DNA of 64,000 nt from Flavobacteriaceae bacterium (GTDB taxonomy: Bacteria; Bacteroidota; Bacteroidia; Flavobacteriales; Flavobacteriaceae): contig CANJWG010000001.1 of the NCBI GenBank assembly GCA_947478365.1, positions 15,532-79,531 on the forward strand, given 5' to 3'. Position 1 is the first letter of the stretch. Every line of letters begins with the position of its first letter. A program made the position numbers and the translations under genes. The notes under the pieces were generated by a model, which did not search any database, was not told the DNA's origin, and saw only the letters and a list, made by a program, of their open reading frames with translations. This document shows, in pieces, positions 48,287 through 58,912 of the stretch.

Positions 48287-49861
48287 TTAATATTTCGCTG
48301 AAAGTTCTTTAGCTACTTTTTCTAAAACATCAGTAATATTGTCATCCAATTTACCTGCTTTCAAAGCATTTAAAGTGTCTTTATGTTTGCTATTTAAATA
48401 ATCGATGTAGCTTCTTTCGAATTCTTTTATCTTGTTCACAGGAACGCTTCTTAACAAGTTTTTTGAACCTGCATAGATAATCGCAACCTGATCTTCTACA
48501 GTATACGGATCGTTTACTGCTTGTTTCAAGATTTCAACGTTTCTTTTTCCTTTTTCGATTACGTTTAGAGTAACTGCGTCCAAATCAGAACCAAATTTTG
48601 CAAACGCTTCCAATTCACGGAATTGAGCTTGATCCAATTTTAATGTTCCGGCTACTTTTTTCATTGATTTAATTTGAGCGTTACCTCCAACACGAGATAC
48701 CGAAATACCTACGTTAATCGCTGGACGAACCCCTGAATTAAACAAATCGCCATCCAAGAAAATCTGTCCGTCAGTAATGGAAATTACGTTAGTCGGGATA
48801 TACGCAGAAACGTCACCCGCTTGTGTTTCGATAATTGGTAAAGCTGTTAACGAACCTCCCCCTTTTACAATGCCTTTTAAAGTATCCGGTAAATCGTTCA
48901 TGTTTTTTGCAATATCATCATCCGCAATTACCTTACAAGCTCTTTCTAACAAACGAGAGTGTAAGTAAAATACGTCTCCAGGATAAGCCTCACGTCCTGG
49001 TGGTCTTCTTAACAAAAGAGAAACCTCACGGTAAGCCACAGCTTGTTTTGATAAATCATCATAGATAATCAATGCAGGACGACCTGAATCTCTGAAATAT
49101 TCTCCAATTGCAGCTCCGGCCATTGGCGCATAAACTTGCATCGGTGCTGGATCAGAAGCGTTAGCAGCTACAATTGTAGTATACGCCATAGCGCCTTTTT
49201 CTTCTAATGTTTTTGCAATTCCGGCAACCGTAGATGCTTTTTGTCCAATTGCAACATATATACAAAATACTGGTTGACCAGCATCGTAAAATTCTTTTTG
49301 GTTCAAGATAGTATCAATACAAACTGTAGTTTTTCCCGTTTGACGGTCTCCAATTACAAGTTCACGTTGCCCTCTTCCAACCGGAATCATCGCATCGATA
49401 GACTTGATTCCTGTTTGTAACGGTTCTGTTACCGGTTGACGGAAGATTACTCCAGGAGCTTTTCTTTCCAATGGCATTTCGTATAATTCGCCACCGATTG
49501 GACCTTTACCGTCAATTGGATTTCCTAATGTATCTACAACACGACCTACGATTTGCTCACCAACTTTAAGAGATGCAATACGCTGTGTTCTTTTAACTGT
49601 AGAACCTTCTTTAATTCCGGTTGACGGTCCTAAAAGTACAACTCCAACATTGTCTTCTTCTAAGTTCAAGACGATAGCTTCCAATCCGTTATCGAATTGA
49701 ACTAACTCACCGTATTGAGCGTTTGATAACCCGTAAACACGAGCAATACCATCACCTACTTGAAGAACGGTTCCTACTTCTTCTAATGTTGCGCCTGATT
49801 CGAAACCAGATAATTGTTTCTTTAATATTGCTGAAATTTCAGCTGGATTAATTTCTGCCAT
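48287..49861 (-). CDS. atpA: ATP synthase F1 alpha subunit
   Basis: [29 protein letters not shown]. Confidence 0.99.
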   Translation of the reverse strand: MAEINPAEISAILKKQLSGFESGATLEEVGTVLQVGDGIARVYGLSNAQYGELVQFDNGLEAIVLNLEEDNVGVVLLGPSTGIKEGSTVKRTQRIASLKVGEQIVGRVVDTLGNPIDGKGPIGGELYEMPLERKAPGVIFRQPVTEPLQTGIKSIDAMIPVGRGQRELVIGDRQTGKTTVCIDTILNQKEFYDAGQPVFCIYVAIGQKASTVAGIAKTLEEKGAMAYTTIVAANASDPAPMQVYAPMAGAAIGEYFRDSGRPALIIYDDLSKQAVAYREVSLLLRRPPGREAYPGDVFYLHSRLLERACKVIADDDIAKNMNDLPDTLKGIVKGGGSLTALPIIETQAGDVSAYIPTNVISITDGQIFLDGDLFNSGVRPAINVGISVSRVGGNAQIKSMKKVAGTLKLDQAQFRELEAFAKFGSDLDAVTLNVIEKGKRNVEILKQAVNDPYTVEDQVAIIYAGSKNLLRSVPVNKIKEFERSYIDYLNSKHKDTLNALKAGKLDDNITDVLEKVAKELSAKY

Positions 49862-49884
49862 TTTGATATATCTTTAATGGTAAT

Positions 49885-50412
49885 CTAATTACTAAACTCT
49901 CTTTTTAATTCCTGTAATCTGTTTGAAACAGATGCATTGTATTGTTTGTCACCTATTCTCAAAATAAATCCACCAATAATTGATGGGTCAATTGTGTTTT
50001 GAATAGTTAATTTTTTAGTTGAAATAGTAGCTGCTTTTGCCAATATTTTAGCTTCTAAATCAGCGGTAATAGGAAACGCTGTAGTTACTTTTGCCACTTC
50101 AATGCCGTTCATTTCATCAAACTGAGCATTGTATTGCGAAGCAATCGCCACTAGTATTTCGAATCTTTTGTTTTCTTGTAGCAATCTGAAAAGCGATTTT
50201 GTTTCAGACTGAACTGAACCAAAAACTTCCAACAACGCTTTCATTTTAATATCTGATTTAATTATTGGGCTTATCAAAAAATCTTTTAAATCAGTGCTCG
50301 AATCAACCGCAGTAATGATAGATTTCATATCCTCATTTACTTGGATGGCTTTCCCGCTTGAAACAGCAGTTTCTATAATTGCTTTTGCATATCTAATCGC
50401 AGCTCTTGACAT
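49885..50412 (-). CDS. atpH: ATP synthase F1 delta subunit
   Basis: RYAKA, DPSIIGG; operon position. Confidence 0.95.
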   Translation of the reverse strand: MSRAAIRYAKAIIETAVSSGKAIQVNEDMKSIITAVDSSTDLKDFLISPIIKSDIKMKALLEVFGSVQSETKSLFRLLQENKRFEILVAIASQYNAQFDEMNGIEVAKVTTAFPITADLEAKILAKAATISTKKLTIQNTIDPSIIGGFILRIGDKQYNASVSNRLQELKREFSN

Positions 50413-50417
50413 AACGA

Positions 50418-50918
50418 TTAATTTAATTTAACGTCGCCTAACATTTTCTCAACCAATTTGGTTTGGGAAGCTTTGTCGGCTAATTCATTTCTTAATACTT
50501 TTTCTGCAATTTCAATAGACAAAGCAGAAACTTGATTTTTCAATTCTGCCATAGCAGCATTTTTTTCGCTATTGATTGCAGCTTTTGCTTGTTCAATCAT
50601 TTTACCGGCTTGAACTTGAGCTTCGTCTTTAGCTTCAGAAACAATTTTATCTTTAATTTCTCTTGCTTCTTTTAAGATAACATCTCTTTCAACTCTAGCT
50701 TCAGCTAATAGTTTTTCATTATCTGATCTTAAGTTTTGCATATCTCTTTTTGCAATTTCTGCAGAAAGTAATGCATTTTTGATTCCTTCTTCTCTTTCGT
50801 TAACCGCATCAAGAATTGGTTTCCAAGCGAATTTTCTCAACAAGAAAATTAATAACAAGAAAATTAATGACTGCCAAAAGAACAATCCAAACGAGAAATC
50901 ATTTATTAACTTTTCCAT
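50418..50918 (-). CDS. atpF: ATP synthase F0 subunit b
   Basis: N-terminal TM, FAWKPI..ERE, coiled coil. Confidence 0.96.
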   Translation of the reverse strand: MEKLINDFSFGLFFWQSLIFLLLIFLLRKFAWKPILDAVNEREEGIKNALLSAEIAKRDMQNLRSDNEKLLAEARVERDVILKEAREIKDKIVSEAKDEAQVQAGKMIEQAKAAINSEKNAAMAELKNQVSALSIEIAEKVLRNELADKASQTKLVEKMLGDVKLN

Positions 50919-51019
50919 AATTTAACAGGTAATTATATAGGTAAAAATTTAATTCTTTTTTTAATATAAACCAAAGCTACAACCAACCGTTGCAGCTTTT
51001 AGTTTACTATTTTTTTGTA

Positions 51020-51217
51020 TTAAGATACAGCAAATAAAGCTGCAAATCCAATACCTTCAATAAGTGCCGCTGCAATAAGCATCACTGTTTGAATTTTTGC
51101 TGTAGCTTCTGGTTGACGAGCAATTGCATCTAATGCAGAACCACCGATTCTACCAATACCAATTCCTACTCCAATAACTACTAATCCTGCTCCAATAAGG
51201 TGAAGATTTCCTTCCAT
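51020..51217 (-). CDS. atpE: ATP synthase F0 subunit c
   Basis: GxGxGxG helix, ARQPE, AALIEG. Confidence 0.97.
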   Translation of the reverse strand: MEGNLHLIGAGLVVIGVGIGIGRIGGSALDAIARQPEATAKIQTVMLIAAALIEGIGFAALFAVS

Positions 51218-51284
51218 AATGTATATATATTTAATTAAACATTCAAATTATTAATATGCCAACGCGCCGTCTAGCTACTCGCAT

Positions 51285-51304
51285 AAAATGTCTATGGACA
51301 TTTT
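51285..51304. repeat. Palindrome AAAATGTCTATGGACATTTT
   Basis: 10-10 palindrome with one mismatch abutting the atpB stop; related to 20514-20532. Confidence 0.65.
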
Positions 51305-52446
51305 TAATGATGCTCGTCCCCATGATGGTGTTCTTCAACAGCAGCACCAAAATATAAAGCGGTTAACATCGTAAAAATATAAGCTTGTAAAAGCGTTACC
51401 AATATTTCAATTAATGAGATGATGAATGAAAGTCCGAATGTTAACGGGCTTCCTATCCAGCTTTTGAAAACGAACATCATGCCTATCAAACTCATCAATA
51501 CCAAGTGACCCGCAAACATATTTGCATACAAACGAATCATTAATGAAAACGGTTTGATGATGGCTCCTATAAGTTCTATTGGCGCCAAAATAAATTTCAT
51601 CGGAACTGGAACCCCAGGCATCCAGAAAATATGCATCCAATAGTCTTTTTTAGCGGTAAATGTTGTAATGATAAAAGTTACTATAGCCAATCCGAAAGTC
51701 ACAGATATATTACCTGTTACATTGATTCCGAATGGCGTCATACCAACTACGTTTAAGAACCAAATAAAGAAGAACACTGTTAGTAAGTGGCTCATGTATT
51801 TTTTATAGTGTCTCTCACCAATGTTTGGGATTGCTATTTCATCCCGAACGAACAATACTATTGGCTCGAAGAATCTTCCTGCGCCAGCTGCAACGCCTCC
51901 GTTTTTAGCGTATGATTTGCCCAAACTTCTAAACAATAAGAACATTAGAAGCGCAATTAGCAACATGGTAAAAACCCCCTTGGTAATTGAAAAATCTAAT
52001 GGTGTAGCGTTTGTTGTATGATGTTCGTCGGCAGAAAAACCAGCCCCTTCTTTCATAAAAAGATACCCTGTAGCATCTGTTTTATATATTTTTTCGTGGT
52101 GTAAAACATAGTAATTCCCTCCATCTTCAGCTATTGTTCCATCTTCGAATTTTGATGACGAAAAAACATGTAACCCGCCATCCCAAAGAATAATAGGTAA
52201 TGGGAAGCCATAATCTTTTCCGGTTGCTGCATCACCAAAAAAAGTAAAGCTGTGTGCGTCTAAAACGTGATGGTTTTTTACTTCGTCAATCTGCTCTTTA
52301 ATTTCTGCTTTAGGGTCTTGATTTTCTTTGGCAACAGCTTCTTTATTTTCTGAAACTGGTTCGGTAGGGTTTGCTAATACTACAGAAGGTAAAAACGCGA
52401 TTAAAGCTACTATACTATAAAGGAATGATTTTTTCGAAAACACCAT
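51304..52446 (-). CDS. atpB: ATP synthase F0 subunit a (Bacteroidota long N-terminus)
   Basis: IRLYANMFAGH, LQAYIF; -7 TACTTTTG at 52486-52493 supports ATG 52446. Confidence 0.96.
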   Translation of the reverse strand: MVFSKKSFLYSIVALIAFLPSVVLANPTEPVSENKEAVAKENQDPKAEIKEQIDEVKNHHVLDAHSFTFFGDAATGKDYGFPLPIILWDGGLHVFSSSKFEDGTIAEDGGNYYVLHHEKIYKTDATGYLFMKEGAGFSADEHHTTNATPLDFSITKGVFTMLLIALLMFLLFRSLGKSYAKNGGVAAGAGRFFEPIVLFVRDEIAIPNIGERHYKKYMSHLLTVFFFIWFLNVVGMTPFGINVTGNISVTFGLAIVTFIITTFTAKKDYWMHIFWMPGVPVPMKFILAPIELIGAIIKPFSLMIRLYANMFAGHLVLMSLIGMMFVFKSWIGSPLTFGLSFIISLIEILVTLLQAYIFTMLTALYFGAAVEEHHHGDEHH

Positions 52447-52561
52447 AACTATGATTTGTCTAAATTTTATTTCTGAAATTTGGTGCAAAAGTACACTTTT
52501 AATTAATATTAAAAAGTATATGTTTTATTTTTTTTTATGGAATTGTTGAATCTAAAACAAT

Positions 52562-52960
52562 TTATTTATTATTGTTTAAAATTCGGATGGTTAGATAGGT
52601 TTCTATTGACAAAAAGTAAATAAACACAATGAAAAAACACAACTTTTCTGTTGGTGTTTTTGGAAGATGGGTTTTGATAATTGGCCTTAAAAAAGCATAA
52701 GCAATTACCATCTTTACCGTAGTGAGTGCCAAAAAACCATAGCCAACCGAATCTGGCGCACTTTCTTTTATTTTCTTAAGCAAGTATACAATAGCTAGTG
52801 AAAGCGTCCCAAATATCCCATAAATCATAAGTATTGAATAGATGAAATGATCTTCAAACTCTTTCGGAATTAAAAAATAGGCTATAATTTTGTGGATAAT
52901 AAAGCCTAGAATAGTGGCATAAAAAATAATTAAAAAAGAGTGGCTTTTTTCAAATTTCAT
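52562..52960 (-). CDS. Small 4-TM membrane protein upstream of atpB (AtpI-like)
   Basis: Hydrophobicity pattern and conserved position. Confidence 0.7.
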   Translation of the reverse strand: MKFEKSHSFLIIFYATILGFIIHKIIAYFLIPKEFEDHFIYSILMIYGIFGTLSLAIVYLLKKIKESAPDSVGYGFLALTTVKMVIAYAFLRPIIKTHLPKTPTEKLCFFIVFIYFLSIETYLTIRILNNNK

Positions 52961-53190
52961 TCTTCCTCCGATTTGTTGATTTCTTTTAACTGTCGGGCAA
53001 TGTTGTAAAACGCAATCGCAACACCGAGCATAGTTAAAATTTTTACATATAAATTATGTTCGTTTGTGAATTTTTGGTCAAGCCATTGGCCTAATTTTGA
53101 AAACAAAAAAACAATAATCCCCATTTGAATGGGAATATTAATAAGTGCCAACCATTTATTACGCTGTTTTTTCTTCTGTGGGTTTTCCAT
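52957..53190 (-). CDS. AtpZ/AtpI family protein
   Basis: Two TM helices with LGQWLD motif. Confidence 0.82.
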   Translation of the reverse strand: MENPQKKKQRNKWLALINIPIQMGIIVFLFSKLGQWLDQKFTNEHNLYVKILTMLGVAIAFYNIARQLKEINKSEEE

Positions 53191-53563
53191 CGGCAATCAA
53201 GTTTTTTACATGCTGTTTCATTATACATGATGCACTAAATTCTGCGCCTGGTTCAACAGAGAGTTTTCCGCAAATCACTTCACCATGAATATGGGCTTTT
53301 GATTTTATATTTAGGATTTCCTGGACTTGTATTTTCCCGTCAAAATTTCCTTCGATATCGGCATTTTTGCATATAATATCTCCCTTTACACTTCCTGCAG
53401 GACCGATGACAATTTTCCCTTTAGACTGAAAATTGCCTACCAAATGCCCGTCCAAACGAAAATCTGCGGGTGAAATTATATCCCCTTTAATGGTAGTTCC
53501 TTCCACTATTCGGTTGGTTTTACCTAAAAGATCAGTGTATGATTTTGGACTCTTTTCAAACAT
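53159..53563 (-). CDS. Bactofilin (polymer-forming cytoskeletal protein)
   Basis: I.EGTTIKGDI, RLDG.L.G, IG..G.V.GDI beta-helix repeats. Confidence 0.92.
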   Translation of the reverse strand: MFEKSPKSYTDLLGKTNRIVEGTTIKGDIISPADFRLDGHLVGNFQSKGKIVIGPAGSVKGDIICKNADIEGNFDGKIQVQEILNIKSKAHIHGEVICGKLSVEPGAEFSASCIMKQHVKNLIADGKPTEEKTA

Positions 53564-53568
53564 GATTT

Positions 53569-56388
53569 CTATCCTTTTTTTCCTGATTTTTCTCCTCCTG
53601 GTGATGGTGGTGGGCCGAATTCGCCTCCTTCAGGCTGTTTGTCTTTGCCATTAAGTTCGTTTTGCCCTTCTTGATTTGGTTGTGGTTGTTGATTAGCATT
53701 TCCGCGTTGTTGTGGTTGTTGTACTGCAGCAACTCTCTCTATAGTGCCGTCCCAATTTGGCTGCGTTGCAGTTTCGGGAAGATTTCCTGCTAAAAATATG
53801 TCTAAATTCTTTTTAATTTGAACAATCGTATAATTTTCGGCTGAAATTATTATGGGTCTTTCTTGGACTTTATAATCTTTATAGTCTTTCAGAATTGATG
53901 TAATCCCTATGGCTAAATCCTCTGAATTTATTCCATGCAATACCACAAAATTATCAGTCATTGTATAAATATCTAAAGAGACTCTAAGCTTATTTAAACT
54001 TCTGTCGGCAATAAATTTTTTGATTTTTTCACGAAGAACTTTTGTTCCGGCATTTTCAAAATCTTTGGTTTGGTATAGAATTTTCCAGTTTTTTGAAGTT
54101 GCTTTAGACAACTGCAATGCTTCTAATTTTGGCAAATCAACCGCTAACATTTTTTCGGCTTTTTTACCTTCTTCACTATTTGGATAATTTAGGGCAACAA
54201 AATTTAACGCTGTGCTAAAATCTGCAAGTCCACTAAGTTTACCAACTATATTGGCCTTTAGCAATTCCAATTTAGGAACAATTTCATCTCCTGTAAATCG
54301 GTTAATTGCATTTTCTGTGGCGGTCAAAACTGTTTTTATTTCTCCGTTTTGATATTGTTTGTAGATGTTTGCGTAAACTACGTTTGGCGAATCGCTTGAC
54401 TCTTCTATTTCGCCTAATGGATTTAGTAATATTTGAGCGTAACGCGAATTTGGAAAATTTGCAACGATACTTTCTTTCATTTCGGTTGCTTTTGATTTGT
54501 CCAAAATTTCATAAAGCTTATATAGATTATACATCGATGGCAACACTAATCTTTCTTCAGGATTGTCTTTTAATAACTTCTCAAATCTGTTTACTGCTAA
54601 TTGATATTCTTTAAATTTCTCTTTGTAAATAACCCCTAGTTGATAATTAGCAAAATTTCTTTGTTTGCTTAAACTGTCTATAATTGACTGAGATTCCGGA
54701 ATTTGTTTTATATAGAAATCTGTTGTAAATCGTTTGTCAACGGCCACACTTTCTTTGTCGTCTTTATCTCCCTCTGAGTCTTTAGCATCTAAATCTTTTC
54801 CGTTTTCGTTGTCTTTTGCTGTAATTGAAGAAACCCTCCAATTGTCTTGCAAAGTTCTTTTGCCCCAAGTTTTAGCAAATTCTACTTTCCCAAAAGAAAC
54901 AGTTGTAGGGTTATAAAAATAGAAAAGACTCTCACTTACTGAGGAAGAGGCGTTAGGAATTTTTAGTGGTGATGCTTTAGATTTTTTAGTATTGGGAGTG
55001 TCTTCCGAATCCATTTTGCCATCGTTTCTTTCTTGATTTTCTTTTATTTGCGCAAGTTTTTCAGCGGCCTTTTTTTGGGCGTCTTCTTCTTTTTTAAGTT
55101 TTACAATATACTTTTCAAAATAAGCAGTCCTTTCTGCATCTGACATTTTATAGAGAGAAATAATACTGTCATTTGTTTGTGAGATAGCTTCATATTTGAT
55201 AACGTCTTCTAGATTCTCTCTTTTCTTTTTTATCAAATTAAATTCTCTTGTTCTTGGTTTTAATTGAACCAAGGTGCTGTCATAATAATTACCTGCCTTA
55301 AGAAATTTAGAATCTATAAAATATAAATCGGCTAAATTTCTATAATTAGAAGCGATAAGATAAGTGTCTTGTGATTTCTTCTTTAAGGAAAGATTATATT
55401 CTTTTTTGGCAACTGTTGTGTTATTTCTTTTTTCATAAAACAACCCAAATTGATGGTGCAAAACATCTAAAAATGGTCTATTTTCTCTGTCTTTTAGTAA
55501 ATCATTATATTTTTTTAGGAAAGCAACGGTGTCTCCTTTTTCATAATCAAATTGTGCTGCTTGTCTTGCATGCGCATGAATCACATATGATTTTGCTGCT
55601 TTTCTACGCATATTAATTACTGTTTGATAACTGGCATAAGCACTATCTTTATATCCTAGTTCTTCATAAATCTGTCCTAAAATATAATTGTATCTCGATA
55701 TCTCTTCTTTTGATTTAGTAAACTCTTTAGCGATTTTAAGTTTGGCAACGGCACTGTCTTTTTCTTGTAAGTTTAAGAACGCCTGAGCCAAAGTAGCGTT
55801 GGCATCAGCAAAAATCTGATCTTTAAATTTGATTTCCTTTAGCAATTTTCGAAGATTATTTACGGCCAATGCATCGTTATCCAAACGCATGTTTGTTTTT
55901 TCTCTCCAAATTTTTACTTCATATATTTTATCGCTATTTGGAGATTTGTTGAGCACATAGTTGAATGCGTCTAAAGCAGGTACAAAACGCTGGTCATAAT
56001 ATCTTGCTTGTCCAAGCATCATATAAGCTTCGTCCATTTGTGGGTTTTTCTCTGAACCGTTAATGTTCATCGAATGTTTCTGAATTGCTTTGGTGGCTTT
56101 TGTTTCTGCCTTCTCGAAATTGGCATTCTTAGTACTTCCCGGCATAAGATTGTCTTCCGAAACCTGCATTCTTTCTACAGGAAGGATTTCCCAGAAATTG
56201 TCTTTATTTTGAAGTTTTACTTCCTCAATACCTTTATTTAAACCTATACCACCATTGTATAAAATGTTGTCTTTAGTGCTTAAGGCGTGTGAATTTCTAG
56301 AAAGCCAAGTATTTCTCTTGGTAGAACAAGCGATTAAAAAAAGTAATAATCCAAAAAAGAGGAAATATTTTATTGTATTGGTTTTCAA
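53569..56388 (-). CDS. sprE: T9SS/gliding TPR lipoprotein SprE (PorW)
   Basis: TTG start, lipobox LIAC, TPRs, NILYNG, KATKAIQKHSM, FYFYNP..WG.R.L.DNWR; synteny with bactofilin-atp. Confidence 0.8.
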   Translation of the reverse strand: MKTNTIKYFLFFGLLLFLIACSTKRNTWLSRNSHALSTKDNILYNGGIGLNKGIEEVKLQNKDNFWEILPVERMQVSEDNLMPGSTKNANFEKAETKATKAIQKHSMNINGSEKNPQMDEAYMMLGQARYYDQRFVPALDAFNYVLNKSPNSDKIYEVKIWREKTNMRLDNDALAVNNLRKLLKEIKFKDQIFADANATLAQAFLNLQEKDSAVAKLKIAKEFTKSKEEISRYNYILGQIYEELGYKDSAYASYQTVINMRRKAAKSYVIHAHARQAAQFDYEKGDTVAFLKKYNDLLKDRENRPFLDVLHHQFGLFYEKRNNTTVAKKEYNLSLKKKSQDTYLIASNYRNLADLYFIDSKFLKAGNYYDSTLVQLKPRTREFNLIKKKRENLEDVIKYEAISQTNDSIISLYKMSDAERTAYFEKYIVKLKKEEDAQKKAAEKLAQIKENQERNDGKMDSEDTPNTKKSKASPLKIPNASSSVSESLFYFYNPTTVSFGKVEFAKTWGKRTLQDNWRVSSITAKDNENGKDLDAKDSEGDKDDKESVAVDKRFTTDFYIKQIPESQSIIDSLSKQRNFANYQLGVIYKEKFKEYQLAVNRFEKLLKDNPEERLVLPSMYNLYKLYEILDKSKATEMKESIVANFPNSRYAQILLNPLGEIEESSDSPNVVYANIYKQYQNGEIKTVLTATENAINRFTGDEIVPKLELLKANIVGKLSGLADFSTALNFVALNYPNSEEGKKAEKMLAVDLPKLEALQLSKATSKNWKILYQTKDFENAGTKVLREKIKKFIADRSLNKLRVSLDIYTMTDNFVVLHGINSEDLAIGITSILKDYKDYKVQERPIIISAENYTIVQIKKNLDIFLAGNLPETATQPNWDGTIERVAAVQQPQQRGNANQQPQPNQEGQNELNGKDKQPEGGEFGPPPSPGGEKSGKKG

Positions 56389-56539
56389 AGCAAAACGTTT
56401 AGTGTTATAACGCGAAAAAGTCATAAATAGTATAACTAACTGGTAAAAATACGTTTCTTTTTGATATAGCAAAAAAATAAGTCGGAAGTTTTTGCCATTA
56501 TTGGTAAAACCTCGCCACTATTATATATTGAGTTATTCC

Positions 56540-57238
56540 TTAAACGGCAAAAAAAGCTTCTAATTCTTTTAAGGTTTCCGGGGAAGTTTGAATATCTTTT
56601 ACTACTTCTCCCAAATGTAAAGCTACAATTCTGTTGCAAACCTCAACCGTATGAACCAAATCATGCGAAGAAACCAAAACTGTAACATTTGGATTTTCGG
56701 CTAATTCTTTGATTATGATTTTTAATCGGTTAACCGTTGTTGGGTCTAAATTGGCAAAGGGCTCATCTAAAATAATCGCTTCCGGATTCCCAATTAAAGC
56801 AGCAATAATGCCTACTTTTTTCATATTCCCTTTGGATAAATCTCTTAAATATTTTTTGCTGTTTAGAATTTCACCATTAAAGAATTCTTCGTGCTTTTTT
56901 AGTAAACCATCAACATCGGCTTTGTTTTGTCCACGTAAATCGCCAATAAAATAAAAATATTCTTCGGCGGTTAAATAGCCAATCAAAAAACTTTCATCTA
57001 TAAATGCAGAAGTGAAAGGTTTCCATGCTTCGCTTTTGTCTACCTGCACATCATTATTTTTGATATGTCCGGAACTGGGCTGAATTAAATCCAAAAGCAA
57101 ACTGAAAAAAGTAGTTTTCCCAGCGCCATTGTTTCCTACTAATCCAAAGCTTTGTCCTTTTGGAATTTCAAGACTTGGTATATTTAAAACCATGGTTCCT
57201 AAATTGTATCTTTTGGTTAAATTAGTTACTTGTATCAT
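56540..57238 (-). CDS. ABC transporter ATP-binding protein
   Basis: GNNGAGKTT, LSKGN, ILDEP, SSH. Confidence 0.95.
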   Translation of the reverse strand: MIQVTNLTKRYNLGTMVLNIPSLEIPKGQSFGLVGNNGAGKTTFFSLLLDLIQPSSGHIKNNDVQVDKSEAWKPFTSAFIDESFLIGYLTAEEYFYFIGDLRGQNKADVDGLLKKHEEFFNGEILNSKKYLRDLSKGNMKKVGIIAALIGNPEAIILDEPFANLDPTTVNRLKIIIKELAENPNVTVLVSSHDLVHTVEVCNRIVALHLGEVVKDIQTSPETLKELEAFFAV

Positions 57239-57300
57239 TTTAAAAAGTTTATTAGATTTATGAGTTTATTTTAAACTACTGTTTTTATTTAATTTGAATT

Positions 57301-57334
57301 CTAACTGAATACTGCTAACTGTTACTGAACACTA
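57301..57334. repeat. ACTG 6-7-mer array
   Basis: CTAACTGAATACTGCTAACTGTTACTGAACACTA ending in the stop codon of the 57332-58801 gene. Confidence 0.75.
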
Positions 57335-58801
57335 ATTTTTCTGTTTGTAAGCAGCTATGGTTTCGTATTTTTCTGTTTTGTAAATCTTCTCTATCATAGC
57401 AAAAACTTTGTTTCTAAAAGCAAACCCGAGCACTCCGGCTAAGGCAACAAAAAGAAATCCGATATTGGCAGAAAAAAGAGAGTACCCAAGTGCATACAAA
57501 ATCATTGGAACTGCTAATTTTGGTATTGAAATCAACATTGTTTTTACGTTAAAAGCTTGTTTATCACCAAAAGCTTTATTGGCCATGGTTAAATCAATAG
57601 GCGTTTTAACAAAAGCCCCGCCAAGCATCACCAAATGTGAGTTTACACCAATATTATAGATTGCTCCAACTACGATTAGCATGTAAATGTGCCAACCAAA
57701 ATACAAATAGAAAGAAGCAATAATTGTTGAGATTAATGTTCCTATAACCATCAACCACCATTTTGAGCTGATATACTCGCGGTACTGAATATTTTGACTC
57801 ATCATCAGTTGATAATAGGCGCTATCCCAACTTGGTACAAATTGTCCAAACGTGAATAAAAATCCCCCCGAAACAAAAATACCAGCAAACACCTGCATAG
57901 CCGGATTTTGATAGGCTTCAATCGAATTGGTGAAAAATAATAATCCGTAAAAAATAAAAAGGAAACTCATGATAACCGTGGTTCTTGAACGTTTGTTTCT
58001 TTTAAGTAACTTAATGTCATTTTTGAGAAAAGTTCCAAGTGTCCCGAATTGGTTTAACCAACTAAAGTTTTCTGTTTTGGCTTCATCACTTTTTTTCGCC
58101 AAACCGGTATCGAGATTTAAGTTCTTTTTAAAATAATCAAACGAAAAATAATAGGTGACGGTAGCTAAAAGTATCGGAATCAATAACAAATAATACGTAT
58201 TGTAGATTCCCTGAAAAAAGGGCTGCGTATAATTGGTTACATCGAAAATCTGATAATATTGAGCCAATCCCAAACTCGCTACTACGGCCAATATAGAATA
58301 GAAAACGCTATCCTTGTTGTTGAGTAAAACATTGATGAAATTGTTAGCATAAATTAATGCCATTATTCCCAAATGCCACAAAATTACTTGAAATCCGTAT
58401 CCGTTAATTAATAGAACAACCGTAAACGGAATAAAGAAAAAAGCATGCAAAATATTAAAAAAAGATATGCTCGTTTTTCCTAAAGAAAAATGGACAATGG
58501 TATCTCTTTTTATGGGTAAATTCAACAAAGGTTTGATGTTGGTTACCGGCATCTTTTGGAAAAAAAACCGAATCACTAAATCTGCAACCAAATAATAAAT
58601 CAGGTATTTATTAACTGTTGCCAAAGGTTCTAAATGAAATTCTTCTTTTAACAAAAAGAAAACAACAACTCCGGCAACAACAAAAATGACAATAAAATAA
58701 ATGGCCATAAAACCCATAACGATTTTCAATGCTAAATTAGTGGCAAACGAAGCCGAACGAAAAAAAGATTTCCATTCTAATTTGATAAAGTATTTAAACA
58801 T
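57332..58801 (-). CDS. Putative ABC permease (DUF5687-like multi-TM protein)
   Basis: About 12 TM helices, co-oriented with the ABC ATPase; -7 TAACTTTG at 58861-58868 (minus strand). Confidence 0.8.
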   Translation of the reverse strand: MFKYFIKLEWKSFFRSASFATNLALKIVMGFMAIYFIVIFVVAGVVVFFLLKEEFHLEPLATVNKYLIYYLVADLVIRFFFQKMPVTNIKPLLNLPIKRDTIVHFSLGKTSISFFNILHAFFFIPFTVVLLINGYGFQVILWHLGIMALIYANNFINVLLNNKDSVFYSILAVVASLGLAQYYQIFDVTNYTQPFFQGIYNTYYLLLIPILLATVTYYFSFDYFKKNLNLDTGLAKKSDEAKTENFSWLNQFGTLGTFLKNDIKLLKRNKRSRTTVIMSFLFIFYGLLFFTNSIEAYQNPAMQVFAGIFVSGGFLFTFGQFVPSWDSAYYQLMMSQNIQYREYISSKWWLMVIGTLISTIIASFYLYFGWHIYMLIVVGAIYNIGVNSHLVMLGGAFVKTPIDLTMANKAFGDKQAFNVKTMLISIPKLAVPMILYALGYSLFSANIGFLFVALAGVLGFAFRNKVFAMIEKIYKTEKYETIAAYKQKN

Positions 58802-58912
58802 GATTACTATTGTTTGGTTGTGAAATTAGTTCTTAAATGTAAAAAAATGTTACACACTATCAAAGTTACTTTGCCAATCATTGCTATTTCTTACCTTTGC
58901 CAAAAAAAATTT

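Noticed and set aside
47329-52446. atp operon lacking atpD and atpC
   Set aside because: A split atp operon is normal in Bacteroidota.
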